Shown here: one piece after another, positions 1 through 9,082 of the stretch
Numbering within the stretch: the stretch's first letter is position 1
Layout: the number at the start of each line of letters is the position of its first letter
The notes under the pieces: generated by a model
Database searches by the model: none
What the model was told of the DNA's origin: nothing
What the model saw: only the letters and a program-made list of their open reading frames with translations
Position numbers and translations under genes: made by a program
Virus record (IMG/VR): IMGVR_UViG_3300047494_000112
Location: 32,001-96,000 of that record
Source: a virus
Strand: one strand, 5' to 3'
Length of the DNA stretch: 64,000 nt

Positions 1-862
1 GAAGTTTTGCTTTATAAGCTTTATTATGATCTAATCTTAGCTTGTTATGAATTTCAGCATCTTTTGGTGAAAGGGCTTCAACTTCTTCTTTAATCAAATA
101 TTGTGGATTTTTTCGATCTGTTTTTTTAGCAATCCAACGCTGGTATTTAGCAATGGGAGTATTATCAATGTTTACATTAGCACTTGGATGCATTATACCT
201 GAAAGCTTTGGATCTTTTAATACTCTAACATTTTGTGCTAGTCTATCAAAACTTTTTTCTGATTTAGATTCAGCTCTATTGTTAAAATAGGTAAAAATAT
301 TGGCAAGAAATCTACGTAAATCAGAAGTAGCACCGGGATCAGCTAGTATTTTTGCTCTCTTTGCATACAAAGCATCACGAATAATTTTTGTCTGATCGTA
401 AATTATTTCATAGCTAGGAAGAGGATCACCTTTTTTATCTGTTAGTTTAACATTGGGATGAGAAATTACTTTGGTTATCTTGGCAATAGGGACACGCAAA
501 TTAACCTTAAATTGAGCAAATACATTTACTGCTGCTTGCTGCCATTCTAATATTGTTTTAATCGGTATATTTGGAGCTTCACCTTTTTCCAAATAATAAG
601 ATAAAACAGCAAAGTATTTTAATGCAGTAATAAATTCATCTGTTGTCATACTCATTACAAAATATCCGGCTGTTAATTTAAACGTTTTAGCTTCAATCAA
701 GGATTCCAAAACCCCCAACTTTTCAGCTAGCTTCATCAATTCACCTAGCTTGATTGTAAAAGTTGCGTCCCAAAGAGATTGCGAATTAGCTACAATAGGA
801 TGCAATTTTTGATTGGTTTGAACCAACCTAGAGACAATCCTAGTAAATTGCTTCTCGTACAC
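1..862 (-). CDS. hypothetical protein, 3'-truncated by window edge (absent from ORF track)
   Basis: GTG at 862 right after the TAA of 864..1499 with GGAG SD; frame stays open to the window edge (MYEKQFTRIVSRL...KLTAGYFVMSMTTDEF...). Confidence 0.75.
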   Translation of the reverse strand, partial: MYEKQFTRIVSRLVQTNQKLHPIVANSQSLWDATFTIKLGELMKLAEKLGVLESLIEAKTFKLTAGYFVMSMTTDEFITALKYFAVLSYYLEKGEAPNIPIKTILEWQQAAVNVFAQFKVNLRVPIAKITKVISHPNVKLTDKKGDPLPSYEIIYDQTKIIRDALYAKRAKILADPGATSDLRRFLANIFTYFNNRAESKSEKSFDRLAQNVRVLKDPKLSGIMHPSANVNIDNTPIAKYQRWIAKKTDRKNPQYLIKEEVEALSPKDAEIHNKLRLDHNKAYKAKL

Positions 863-863
863 T

Positions 864-1499
864 TTATTTTTCTCCTAATGCTTTTAGTCTTTGTTTTGCA
901 GCAGTACTAACATCACCATCTTGATCTTTTAGTAAAGCTTTAGCATGGTTAGCATTTCCTTTTTCAGCTATTGCATGTCTTACATTCTCATCTGGATCTG
1001 AGACTAGCTTGTCTCTATGAGAGTCATTTCCATGCTCAGCTACTGTATGTCTTACATACCAATCTGGATCTTTAATTAGCTTGTCCCTATGAGAATCGTT
1101 TCCATGCTCAGCTACTGCTTCTCTTACATTCCAATCTGGATCTGAAACTAGCTTGTCTCTATGAGAATCATTTCCGTGTCTAGCTACTGCATATCTTACA
1201 TCTGGATCTTTATCTTTTACTAGCTTATTTCTATGGTAATCATTTCCATACTTAACTACAGTCTGTCTTACATTCTCATCTGGATCTGATACTAGCTTGT
1301 CTCTATGAGAGTCGTTTCCATTCCTAGCTACTGCATGTCTTACATTCCAATCTGGATCTTTAATTAGCTTGTCTCTATGGGAATCGTCTCCATTCTCAGC
1401 TACTGCATGTCTTACAGCCGAATCGGGATCTGATACTAGCTTATCTAAATGCTTAGGATGACCAATTTCAGCTAAAGCTTTTCTTTGCCAAATGTTCAA
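864..1499 (-). CDS. 24-aa HEAT/LRV-like repeat protein (N-cap + 6 internal repeats + C-cap)
   Basis: Repeats GNDSHRDKL(V/I)(S/K)DPDxxVRxAVAxx; caps QRxALAxIGHPKHLDKL and GNANHAKALLKD. Confidence 0.85.
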   Translation of the reverse strand: MNIWQRKALAEIGHPKHLDKLVSDPDSAVRHAVAENGDDSHRDKLIKDPDWNVRHAVARNGNDSHRDKLVSDPDENVRQTVVKYGNDYHRNKLVKDKDPDVRYAVARHGNDSHRDKLVSDPDWNVREAVAEHGNDSHRDKLIKDPDWYVRHTVAEHGNDSHRDKLVSDPDENVRHAIAEKGNANHAKALLKDQDGDVSTAAKQRLKALGEK

Positions 1500-2674
1500 G
1501 GCACTATTCTCTTCATTTTTAATCTACTTTGAATTTTGGGATTAGAATCATTTAGAATATGTTGCTTTGACTCTCTAGGTAGGTCTTGCCATCTATCAAT
1601 TACATCATGTCTAACAACAGGATTAGCATGATGCGCCAATTTAGGCAGGTCTTCTTTTACAGTATTATCGGTAATATGGCCTAGCGTTGAAACATGTCGT
1701 TGATGGTGTAGATTAGGTAATACATGCTCAACATCTTCGTATTTAATGGGATGATTTTTGAGCAAATTATCATCAGCTGCACCCTCAATGCGTTCCAAAG
1801 AGTTGTGCTTAAACAACTCTTTGTTGTCAGTATGGTTAAGAATGTGATCAGGTGTGCTTTGTTTATTTTCATCTGTATCATTATAGACACTAGGATTACG
1901 TTTGTAGATAACATTTGGTTTAGCTGGAAAAACGTGCTCAGCCCAATCTTTTACATTTTTATGAAATTCAGGATTGGATGTACCATAAACTTTGAGATCA
2001 GCTCTTAAGATAGTTTTATGACCTGGGTGTTCAAAAGGGCGTAAAGCAACGCGAGCTACGGGATGAGATATACTAGGATCTGTTTTATGATGCAAATAAG
2101 CAACGTGAGTACCGTTTTCAATTTCGTGATGCAAGTCTTTTTTGTAGACACCTTTGTCCATATCTAAACATGAATCCCAACCTCTATCAGTGCTCATACC
2201 TGCCACATCGTAAGGATGACGTGAAATTGTTGTATCCAAATGGCTTTTACTAGCACTACGATAAGGATCATTTATATATGCTTGTTTTATCTTAACAGGC
2301 GCTTTTTGAGCTTCTAAAATTTTTCCAATTTTTAGCGAACGTTTTTTATCTGAATCTGATAAATGATGAGCAATTCCTTGTTTGTATCTATCAGGACTTG
2401 TCTCATAGCTGGTATATCTTTCTAAATAGTCTAATACATCTTTATTAGGCTTTGAAGAAGAATGTACAATATTATTAGGCAATTTTAACCGTGTTTTATT
2501 TCCGAATACGTGATCCGAGATAGGCTTGGTAATTTCTGTGTAATGATTTTTTCTTGAAGCTGAGTCTTGAGCTGGATAAGTTTCAGGACGAATCCAAGTG
2601 CTGACTTTTTTCTTTTGCTTTGGTGTAAGGTCAGCAGTAACCTTAATCATGTTTGACATCTTGAGTGGTTGCAC
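1496..2674 (-). CDS. hypothetical protein with SRHPYDVAGMSTDRGWDSC motif and degenerate C-terminal HEAT-like repeats
   Basis: 392-aa ORF coupled to neighbours; C-term HHANPVVRHDVI/DSNPKIQ resembles the repeat unit; start probably later than annotated. Confidence 0.65.
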   Translation of the reverse strand: MQPLKMSNMIKVTADLTPKQKKKVSTWIRPETYPAQDSASRKNHYTEITKPISDHVFGNKTRLKLPNNIVHSSSKPNKDVLDYLERYTSYETSPDRYKQGIAHHLSDSDKKRSLKIGKILEAQKAPVKIKQAYINDPYRSASKSHLDTTISRHPYDVAGMSTDRGWDSCLDMDKGVYKKDLHHEIENGTHVAYLHHKTDPSISHPVARVALRPFEHPGHKTILRADLKVYGTSNPEFHKNVKDWAEHVFPAKPNVIYKRNPSVYNDTDENKQSTPDHILNHTDNKELFKHNSLERIEGAADDNLLKNHPIKYEDVEHVLPNLHHQRHVSTLGHITDNTVKEDLPKLAHHANPVVRHDVIDRWQDLPRESKQHILNDSNPKIQSRLKMKRIVP

Positions 2675-2864
2675 CTCTAGAAATTAATGCTTCAGCAGTA
2701 TTTTGATGCTTTAAAGCCAATTTTTGGTGGTGATTAAAAATTGCCTGAAATTGACTACCGTGAGGCAACAAATGATCCTTGCAAAGCTGGCATTGCTCAT
2801 GGTGATGCCTAGCATTCGAGGCGTGGTATAAAGCTAAATTTGAAATTAGTTCTTTGTTATTCAT
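2643..2864 (-). CDS. small His-rich hypothetical protein
   Basis: 73 aa, overlapping stop/start with neighbours. Confidence 0.6.
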   Translation of the reverse strand: MNNKELISNLALYHASNARHHHEQCQLCKDHLLPHGSQFQAIFNHHQKLALKHQNTAEALISRGATTQDVKHD

Positions 2865-3790
2865 TTTTGTAGCCCTTTATTATGTAGCCAAGCCTTTGCC
2901 AGAGTAACAACGTCTGGATCGTGGCTTTGAAGCATTTTACGGACTTCAGCTTCAGTGACACTAGCTTGAACGTTAGCACGCTTTGCAACGTTTTCAAAAT
3001 TAAAAAATTCAGCTGTGTCATCATCTTGGGTAGGATTTGGCTCTTTTTCCTTGGCGTTAGGATTACCTGAATTATCACGCAATTTTCCTCTGCCTTGATG
3101 ACCAGGTTTACCTAAAGTAATGCCATCAGAAAAACCAGGACGAATAGATGAGACTGGAGTACCTGTTTGAACTGCCACGTTTGCAAACATTGGAATGTGA
3201 GCCAAATCCGATGATAAAATCTTTTTTGGTCTTCCAATTTTAGGTTTTACATGGTTTGGATCTAAAGATTTGACAGCTTTTTTCACATGATATTTAATCA
3301 CGTTATCAATAGCTTGTCTAGATACACCGTGCATATCACCAATCTGTTTAAGAGTATGACCTTTTTTGCGTAAAGCTAAATACCTTTGTCCTGCTGTAGC
3401 CTGTTCACCTAATTCTTCAGGGTCAGGTAAAGTTTGTAGCTTTTTTAGCTTTTCTTGTTTTCTATGTTCACTAACTTTAGCATTTCGAGCTTGTTGATAC
3501 TCCAAATATTTTTTACGCTCTTCTGGATTTGTTTGATATTTTTGTTTTTGTTTTTCAACTTGTGCTTTATGCTTTTCTGGATTTGCTTCCCTGTATCTTT
3601 TAAATTGATCTCTTTTTTGCTCCTTAATTTTTTCACGAAACTCAGGATCAGTATGAAATCGAGTAATTATTGAGATATAAGGAGGAGATTTGCCAAAATG
3701 CTTTGCAACCTCAGTTTGAGTGTGCCCTTTGCCGAGCATGTCCAAATATTCTTGAACGTGGGGTGGAATAATGTGAGGTTTATTAGTCAT
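2861..3790 (-). CDS. double helix-turn-helix DNA-binding protein (sigma70 region 4-like HTH)
   Basis: GHTQTEVAKHFGKSPPYISII and GHTLKQIGDMHGVSRQAIDNVI joined by a charged helical linker. Confidence 0.7.
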   Translation of the reverse strand: MTNKPHIIPPHVQEYLDMLGKGHTQTEVAKHFGKSPPYISIITRFHTDPEFREKIKEQKRDQFKRYREANPEKHKAQVEKQKQKYQTNPEERKKYLEYQQARNAKVSEHRKQEKLKKLQTLPDPEELGEQATAGQRYLALRKKGHTLKQIGDMHGVSRQAIDNVIKYHVKKAVKSLDPNHVKPKIGRPKKILSSDLAHIPMFANVAVQTGTPVSSIRPGFSDGITLGKPGHQGRGKLRDNSGNPNAKEKEPNPTQDDDTAEFFNFENVAKRANVQASVTEAEVRKMLQSHDPDVVTLAKAWLHNKGLQK

Positions 3791-4016
3791 CGGCAGTAAT
3801 CAGATATTTAATTAGAGCAACAGCCATATCGTTAAGCTGAGCTCTATCAATTTGAATGTGAGCCTGTTCTCCCTGTTTAACAACTACGCCTTCTAAATTG
3901 TGATGAGGCTTGCTACGAATTGTAACGTAAACCCCACCGTCTGGATATTTGTTAATGGAAATGTATTCAGGATAACAGCCCTGTGTAGCTGTCCAAGCAA
4001 AAATGTTCTCAATCAT
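3783..4016 (-). CDS. hypothetical protein
   Basis: 77-aa ORF overlapping both neighbours on the coding strand. Confidence 0.65.
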   Translation of the reverse strand: MIENIFAWTATQGCYPEYISINKYPDGGVYVTIRSKPHHNLEGVVVKQGEQAHIQIDRAQLNDMAVALIKYLITADD

Positions 4017-4437
4017 TACTCTTTACTCCTAATTCTTTTAGTCTATTTCTTGCAGCGTGTTTAATAGACTCATCTTTATCATTCAATAGAGCTTTTGCGT
4101 GGTCAAGGTTTCCTTTCATAGCTACAGCTCTTCGTACTTCAGGAGAATAATCATGCAATAGCTTGTCTCTGTGCGAATCGTTTCCAGTCCAAGCGACAGT
4201 TCGTCTTACGGTAAAATCTTCATCATGCAATAGCTTGTCTCTATGGAAATCATTTCCATGGATAGCGACGGCACCTTTTATATCAGGATTATCAGAATGC
4301 ACTAGCTTATCTCTATGAAAGTCGTTTCCATGCCAAGCAACTCTTAATCTTACTCCAAAATTTTTATCCTCGACTAGCTTATCTAAGTGCTTAGGATGAC
4401 CAATGGTAGCTAGAGCTATGCGTTGTTTAATGTTCAT
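4009..4437 (-). CDS. 24-aa HEAT/LRV-like repeat protein (3 internal repeats, more diverged)
   Basis: IGHPKHLDKL cap, GNDFHRDKL repeats, GNLDHAKALL C-cap. Confidence 0.85.
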   Translation of the reverse strand: MNIKQRIALATIGHPKHLDKLVEDKNFGVRLRVAWHGNDFHRDKLVHSDNPDIKGAVAIHGNDFHRDKLLHDEDFTVRRTVAWTGNDSHRDKLLHDYSPEVRRAVAMKGNLDHAKALLNDKDESIKHAARNRLKELGVKSND

Positions 4438-5390
4438 GACTCAATTGGCTTTGCTATAGCATTAATGGCTGCAAACGTTTTCTCGTTTACTGATGAAAAA
4501 TGAAAACCTGATATCTTACCAGAAGCTGCTCCACCACCGGTTTTGCAGTTTGCTATCAAGTTCAGCAATGCTGGATTGTTTAGTGTTCTAGTGTAATACT
4601 TTGCAGTCATGCCAAATTCAGATCTCAAAGCTGTACGAGCTGCAGCAATGTTTTCCAATTTATCACTCTTGGCAATTCGATAATAGGTTTTACCTTTACT
4701 AGGAATTACTGCAATAATGATAAACATGCCAGGCTTTTTATCGTCACCAGCCTCTGCCTCATCGACTTCAATGCTATCCAGATCATGCGTAACAGTTAGC
4801 TTGACACCCGCAATTTCCTTCAACGGACCGGCCCATTGTTGAAAGGTTTTGCCATGAGCACCGGCTTTTGGATTAAACTCACCAGTCTTGATTGCAACGG
4901 TAAATTGCCATAGATGGCAACACTCATGCAGAAACGTATCGAATATATCAAATACAGTATTGTTTGTCTTATTGCTAACACCCAAATAATTTTCTTTTGG
5001 CTTGTATATTCCTGAAGCACCTTTGCGAGTAGCTGTGCCTAAATTGCATAAAGTTAATTTATCTTGCCAGATATATTTGTTAGCCCAATAAAACATGCAA
5101 GTCATTAGAGGAATCGTGCATACCTGAGCTTTTTTCATCAAGAAAAAGGAGCGAATATCAAAGTCAATGGGTTTGATTAACTTTTCGTGAGCACGAAACC
5201 ATTCTTTATCTACTGATTTTGGTATAAATTTTTCAAAGTATAAGATAGGAATAACGCGGTCCAATGTTGACGTCTGAGTTGTACCTTTGTCCAAAAGAAT
5301 TGTTGCCTCATTTCCCTGAACAGCCGTAGCAATACCAAGATTGTATAAACCAAGACCTGCTTTAATTAGGACTCTAGTGCCTGCTTTCAT
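4434..5390 (-). CDS. SprT-like zinc metalloprotease
   Basis: HECCH (HExxH) followed by downstream AHGKTF His, typical SprT spacing. Confidence 0.75.
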   Translation of the reverse strand: MKAGTRVLIKAGLGLYNLGIATAVQGNEATILLDKGTTQTSTLDRVIPILYFEKFIPKSVDKEWFRAHEKLIKPIDFDIRSFFLMKKAQVCTIPLMTCMFYWANKYIWQDKLTLCNLGTATRKGASGIYKPKENYLGVSNKTNNTVFDIFDTFLHECCHLWQFTVAIKTGEFNPKAGAHGKTFQQWAGPLKEIAGVKLTVTHDLDSIEVDEAEAGDDKKPGMFIIIAVIPSKGKTYYRIAKSDKLENIAAARTALRSEFGMTAKYYTRTLNNPALLNLIANCKTGGGAASGKISGFHFSSVNEKTFAAINAIAKPIES

Positions 5391-5767
5391 TCAATTGGCT
5401 CCCATTTTGATTTTTCATTTAAAACTTCAATTTTACTGGGAGGAATTTTAAAGGATTTATCTGAAAAAGCTAATCTATCAGACATTGCTCCGGATTGAGG
5501 CATGATAGATTTAACAGGCACATGATCTAATTTGAAGCGATAATGTTTGATACTTGGTTTGAACTTGCGTTTCCTGGCATCTACACTATACCAAAGCAAA
5601 TGTTGATTTGTCTTTGAAAAATCCGAAACTCGACCAGCAGGATAATTGACACTTCTTAGTCCTATCTTTTTTATAGACTCATGATTTTTAGGAGAACTGA
5701 TATGATAGCCATACTCATTATCCTCTAGTGAGGATGCTACATATCTCATCCTTTCACCTATTTTCAT
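5387..5767 (-). CDS. putative His-type ADP-ribosyltransferase-fold protein (PARP/Tpt1-like)
   Basis: GYHISSPKNHESIKKIGL matches the YHxT...sI...GL N-terminal motif; C-term IPPSKIEVL. Confidence 0.5.
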   Translation of the reverse strand: MKIGERMRYVASSLEDNEYGYHISSPKNHESIKKIGLRSVNYPAGRVSDFSKTNQHLLWYSVDARKRKFKPSIKHYRFKLDHVPVKSIMPQSGAMSDRLAFSDKSFKIPPSKIEVLNEKSKWEPIE

Positions 5768-6129
5768 TTGATAAAGCTTTCAGGAAATTCTGGCCAACAA
5801 TAGTCATGGGTTATCTCTTCGTTTTTCTTAATATTCATTAAAGCATAAAATGTAATTGTAGGTAAATTGCCATCTAACTTGCAATCCCAATTTGTATTAG
5901 GATAGTATCCATGATTAATCAATGATCCGTAGCCTAATGCTAAAAACGTTTTCCCTTTGTCCATAAAGATATAATTTGCACAGTCTCCTTCTGGTACAAA
6001 AATAATTGGATCTACCAAGAACGCTGTACCTTTGAGTATGTTTGTTCTGGCAAATACTCCACGACCCCCACGTTTTGATTTCTTTATAGCCAAATAAGGA
6101 TGAGATGAAGTTAAGTCAACGGTAATCAT
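5764..6129 (-). CDS. SET-domain lysine methyltransferase
   Basis: GRGVFA, GSLINHG (NH), EEITHDY: canonical SET signature. Confidence 0.85.
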   Translation of the reverse strand: MITVDLTSSHPYLAIKKSKRGGRGVFARTNILKGTAFLVDPIIFVPEGDCANYIFMDKGKTFLALGYGSLINHGYYPNTNWDCKLDGNLPTITFYALMNIKKNEEITHDYCWPEFPESFIK

Positions 6130-6673
6130 AATTGACCTTTAGCGTATCAAAGACTGCACGACCTTCATATGGTGGCAAATGAAAATAATCAGCTATTCGT
6201 TTGAATGGTGTCTTGGCATACTGTTTGGATTTAAGATGAAACATTTGAATGTTACTTATTGTGCAATGAAAAATATAATGTGGAAGCTCAATTTGTAGCT
6301 TAAACTTTTTATGCAGTAAGTCAGATAATGACCTAAATCTATTCATGCCAGGAAAAAGTATTGCAATGGGCGCACCATCAGTAGGAGTACCTAAAGATAA
6401 CGGACGGACATGATGTTTAAAGCCAGAAACGTCAATTGGGTGACCTATTGGCTGTTCTTTTGGAAAATCCATAGGTAAAATTAAATGAGAGTTATGAAGC
6501 AAAGTGACATGTAAATGATGAATGTTTGTGCTATTATGTGGCCACCCAGACAAACCAGTAGAACGAAGATATTTGAGAATATCTCCTTTTGTTTGAAAAT
6601 CAGGGTAGGCACCAATATGTAATTCACGGGGCTGGTTGTTCATTCCCAAAGAATAGACGGAATTTCCTAGCAT
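6116..6673 (-). CDS. 2H phosphoesterase (T4 gp57B/Acb1-like)
   Basis: Two HxT motifs (LHVTL, FHCTI) about 80 aa apart; size matches. Confidence 0.75.
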   Translation of the reverse strand: MLGNSVYSLGMNNQPRELHIGAYPDFQTKGDILKYLRSTGLSGWPHNSTNIHHLHVTLLHNSHLILPMDFPKEQPIGHPIDVSGFKHHVRPLSLGTPTDGAPIAILFPGMNRFRSLSDLLHKKFKLQIELPHYIFHCTISNIQMFHLKSKQYAKTPFKRIADYFHLPPYEGRAVFDTLKVNYDYR

Positions 6674-6714
6674 ATTGTATTACTCCAAGCCTTATTCTAT
6701 TTTTACCAGAGTTT

Positions 6715-7434
6715 TTAATCTTTGTGTTCCAAATCTGGATAACGCTCTTTTACAGCTTTGAACACTTTTTCTTTTATCTTGCCACCAATTGCTGAAGCAC
6801 GAGATAAAGCATTGGCTGCATGATTTCTATCTGCAATAGGAAATTTGCGCTTATCTGGAAAGACAAAATCACTGTCAGGCAAAGCATTGCGCTCTTCAGT
6901 AGTTAGCTTTTTAGCTTGAACTACTGAAGATTTGATCAACTTGCGATTGCTACGCCATTGCTTACCGTTATGCTGAGCCCAACGAGCTTCACCTAGCATA
7001 CGATCCAAATGTTTACTAGGATCCTCATGCGTGTGAAATTTACGGTTATAAATGTGTTTCACATTTCCTTTGGCAGTATATTGAATTTTGCCATTGATTA
7101 CATGAGGAATTTTTACATGAATCATATATTTAGGTTTTTCTCCTGGTAAACCTATATGCCTACGCTTAATGACAATTTTTGCTGCTTTTTTATTGCCGTG
7201 AACAAAATGATGAGCCACTCTTTTTGGCGTAAAGATTTTGGCCCATTTGAATTTTGGAGAACGTTTTTTACCTGAAGAGTCAATTGTATGATAATGCTTT
7301 GCCAAGATTGATTTAAAGCGTTCATGATCTCGAGCAATTTTATCATTGGTATATCTACTACCACCAAGAGCAGCAGTAATTTCAATTGGCTCTTCTATAT
7401 AATTACCTAAGCATTCAGAAGGTAAAATTACCAT
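6715..7434 (-). CDS. basic putative virion protein with C-terminal LPDSDF..RKFPI.D..HA.NAL domain
   Basis: Motif recalled from head-associated phage proteins (DUF6582-like, unverified). Confidence 0.55.
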   Translation of the reverse strand: MVILPSECLGNYIEEPIEITAALGGSRYTNDKIARDHERFKSILAKHYHTIDSSGKKRSPKFKWAKIFTPKRVAHHFVHGNKKAAKIVIKRRHIGLPGEKPKYMIHVKIPHVINGKIQYTAKGNVKHIYNRKFHTHEDPSKHLDRMLGEARWAQHNGKQWRSNRKLIKSSVVQAKKLTTEERNALPDSDFVFPDKRKFPIADRNHAANALSRASAIGGKIKEKVFKAVKERYPDLEHKD

Positions 7435-7447
7435 TATAGCCTCCTAA

Positions 7448-8443
7448 TTAGCAATTCTTGCACTTTTTAGCGTGCATTGCTGCCATCTTTTCATGATAAT
7501 CTTTGAAGGCAACATGTTTTTTTATAGGACCTTCATAATCTTTATTCCATTCAGGACGCTCAGGGTGATCTGCAATGTAGTTCTTCATGTACTCAATTCT
7601 TTTGCCGTGATGATCTACTTCAGCTTGATGCAGCTTCATCATACGCTGATGATGTTTTTTGGCTGACTGATGCTTTGGAGCAGCTTCAATTTGAAACGTT
7701 GCTTGTACTTTTTCTTTTAACGACATTTTGGAATCCTTTGCTTTAATCTCATTATTGGGCCATTCAGCGCTAAATGGAATTTTTCTATCTTCTAACTTTT
7801 TTCGGTGCTTATAAATGTTGTTTACAAATTTTACATTATGCCCGTTATCTTGCATGTGTTTAACAGGGTCTGTAATTATTTTTTGAGCTGTAGGACGACC
7901 AGGTTTATTTGAAAAGTCTTCCCCAGAGTCTAAAACTTTAAACCGGCTTTGCTTACCATTGCTCCACTTTGATAGAGTAGGTCTAGCCTTACGAACTTCT
8001 TGCTCATGCTTCTTGTCAAAAACAACGGTAGATTTTCCAGTTTTAGGGTGCTTGTATTGCAACCAAGGTACATGCCTAGGCGCTGCATAAGGAGCGGTCT
8101 CATGAAGCGAACCTCCAAAAGTTCCCTTGTTTACTTTTTGATGAGGTTTCCAAGCACTATATTTTTGTCCTTGAGCATTACCTGAATGAGACCAGTCTTT
8201 ATTGTGAACATAACTCTGTTGATTTTTACTAAAGTCTTTTGGTGCAAGAGACTTATCAACGTGGTCGAGCCTAGTTACTGGTAGCTTTGCTTCTACTACT
8301 TTTAATGGCGGACCTAGATACTGATCACCAGAAAAATTTATCTTGGCTCGACGTTGCTGATTTTCAGCTAATGCTTTATTATCAAATTCATCTTCATTCC
8401 ACATTAGATCATCTTCTAATGCAGGTAAAACTGAATCTTTCAT
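7448..8443 (-). CDS. hypothetical protein, acidic N-terminus and His-rich helical C-terminus
   Basis: 331-aa ORF in the head-gene block. Confidence 0.65.
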   Translation of the reverse strand: MKDSVLPALEDDLMWNEDEFDNKALAENQQRRAKINFSGDQYLGPPLKVVEAKLPVTRLDHVDKSLAPKDFSKNQQSYVHNKDWSHSGNAQGQKYSAWKPHQKVNKGTFGGSLHETAPYAAPRHVPWLQYKHPKTGKSTVVFDKKHEQEVRKARPTLSKWSNGKQSRFKVLDSGEDFSNKPGRPTAQKIITDPVKHMQDNGHNVKFVNNIYKHRKKLEDRKIPFSAEWPNNEIKAKDSKMSLKEKVQATFQIEAAPKHQSAKKHHQRMMKLHQAEVDHHGKRIEYMKNYIADHPERPEWNKDYEGPIKKHVAFKDYHEKMAAMHAKKCKNC

Positions 8444-8589
8444 CTAACTCTACTACCAAATTTAGTACGGCGTTTTATTCTCATACTAGGCTTGCGGTAA
8501 TAGGACTTACCTTTAACGCTAACTAGCTTTGAAAATCCTGTTCTAGTTCTAACCCTTTTGGTGTAGGGCTTTACAACTACCAAAGGCAT
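8440..8589 (-). CDS. 49-aa highly basic peptide (absent from ORF track)
   Basis: MPLVVVKPYTKRVRTRTGFSKLVSVKGKSYYRKPSMRIKRRTKFGSRVR fills the gap exactly; its TGA overlaps the next ATG. Confidence 0.65.
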   Translation of the reverse strand: MPLVVVKPYTKRVRTRTGFSKLVSVKGKSYYRKPSMRIKRRTKFGSRVR

Positions 8590-8590
8590 T

Positions 8591-9082
8591 CTATTTAACT
8601 CCTAACTCTTTTAGTCTCTGTTTTGCAGTATTTCTAACATATTTATCTTTATCTTTTAGTAAAGCTCTTGCATGGTTAGCATTTCCATTCCTAGCTACTG
8701 CATGTCTTATATATCTATCTGGATCTGAAATTAGCTTGTCTCTATGAGAATCATTTCCATTCTCAGCTACTGCTGCTCTTACAAACTCACTTGGATCTGA
8801 GACTAGCTTGTCTCTATGAGAATCGTTTCCATGCTCAGCTACTAAATATCTTACATTCTCATTTGGATCTGAAACTAGCTTATCTCTATGAGAGTCGGTT
8901 CCATGTGTAGCTACTGCATGTCTTATATTCTCATCTTTATCTTTAACTAGCTTATCTCTATGAGAGTCGTTTCCATTCCTAGCTACTGCTGCTCTTACAG
9001 ACTCACTTGGATCTGACACTAGCTTATCTAAGTGCTTAGGATGACCTATAGTAGCTAAAGCTTTGCGTTGTTTAGGTGTCAT
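8591..9082 (-). CDS. 24-aa HEAT/LRV-like repeat protein (4 internal repeats)
   Basis: Same caps and repeat consensus; 163 aa. Confidence 0.85.
   Translation of the reverse strand: MTPKQRKALATIGHPKHLDKLVSDPSESVRAAVARNGNDSHRDKLVKDKDENIRHAVATHGTDSHRDKLVSDPNENVRYLVAEHGNDSHRDKLVSDPSEFVRAAVAENGNDSHRDKLISDPDRYIRHAVARNGNANHARALLKDKDKYVRNTAKQRLKELGVK

Noticed and set aside
8540-8586. Imperfect hairpin as terminator
   Set aside because: Lies within the 49-aa basic ORF and lacks a U-tract.
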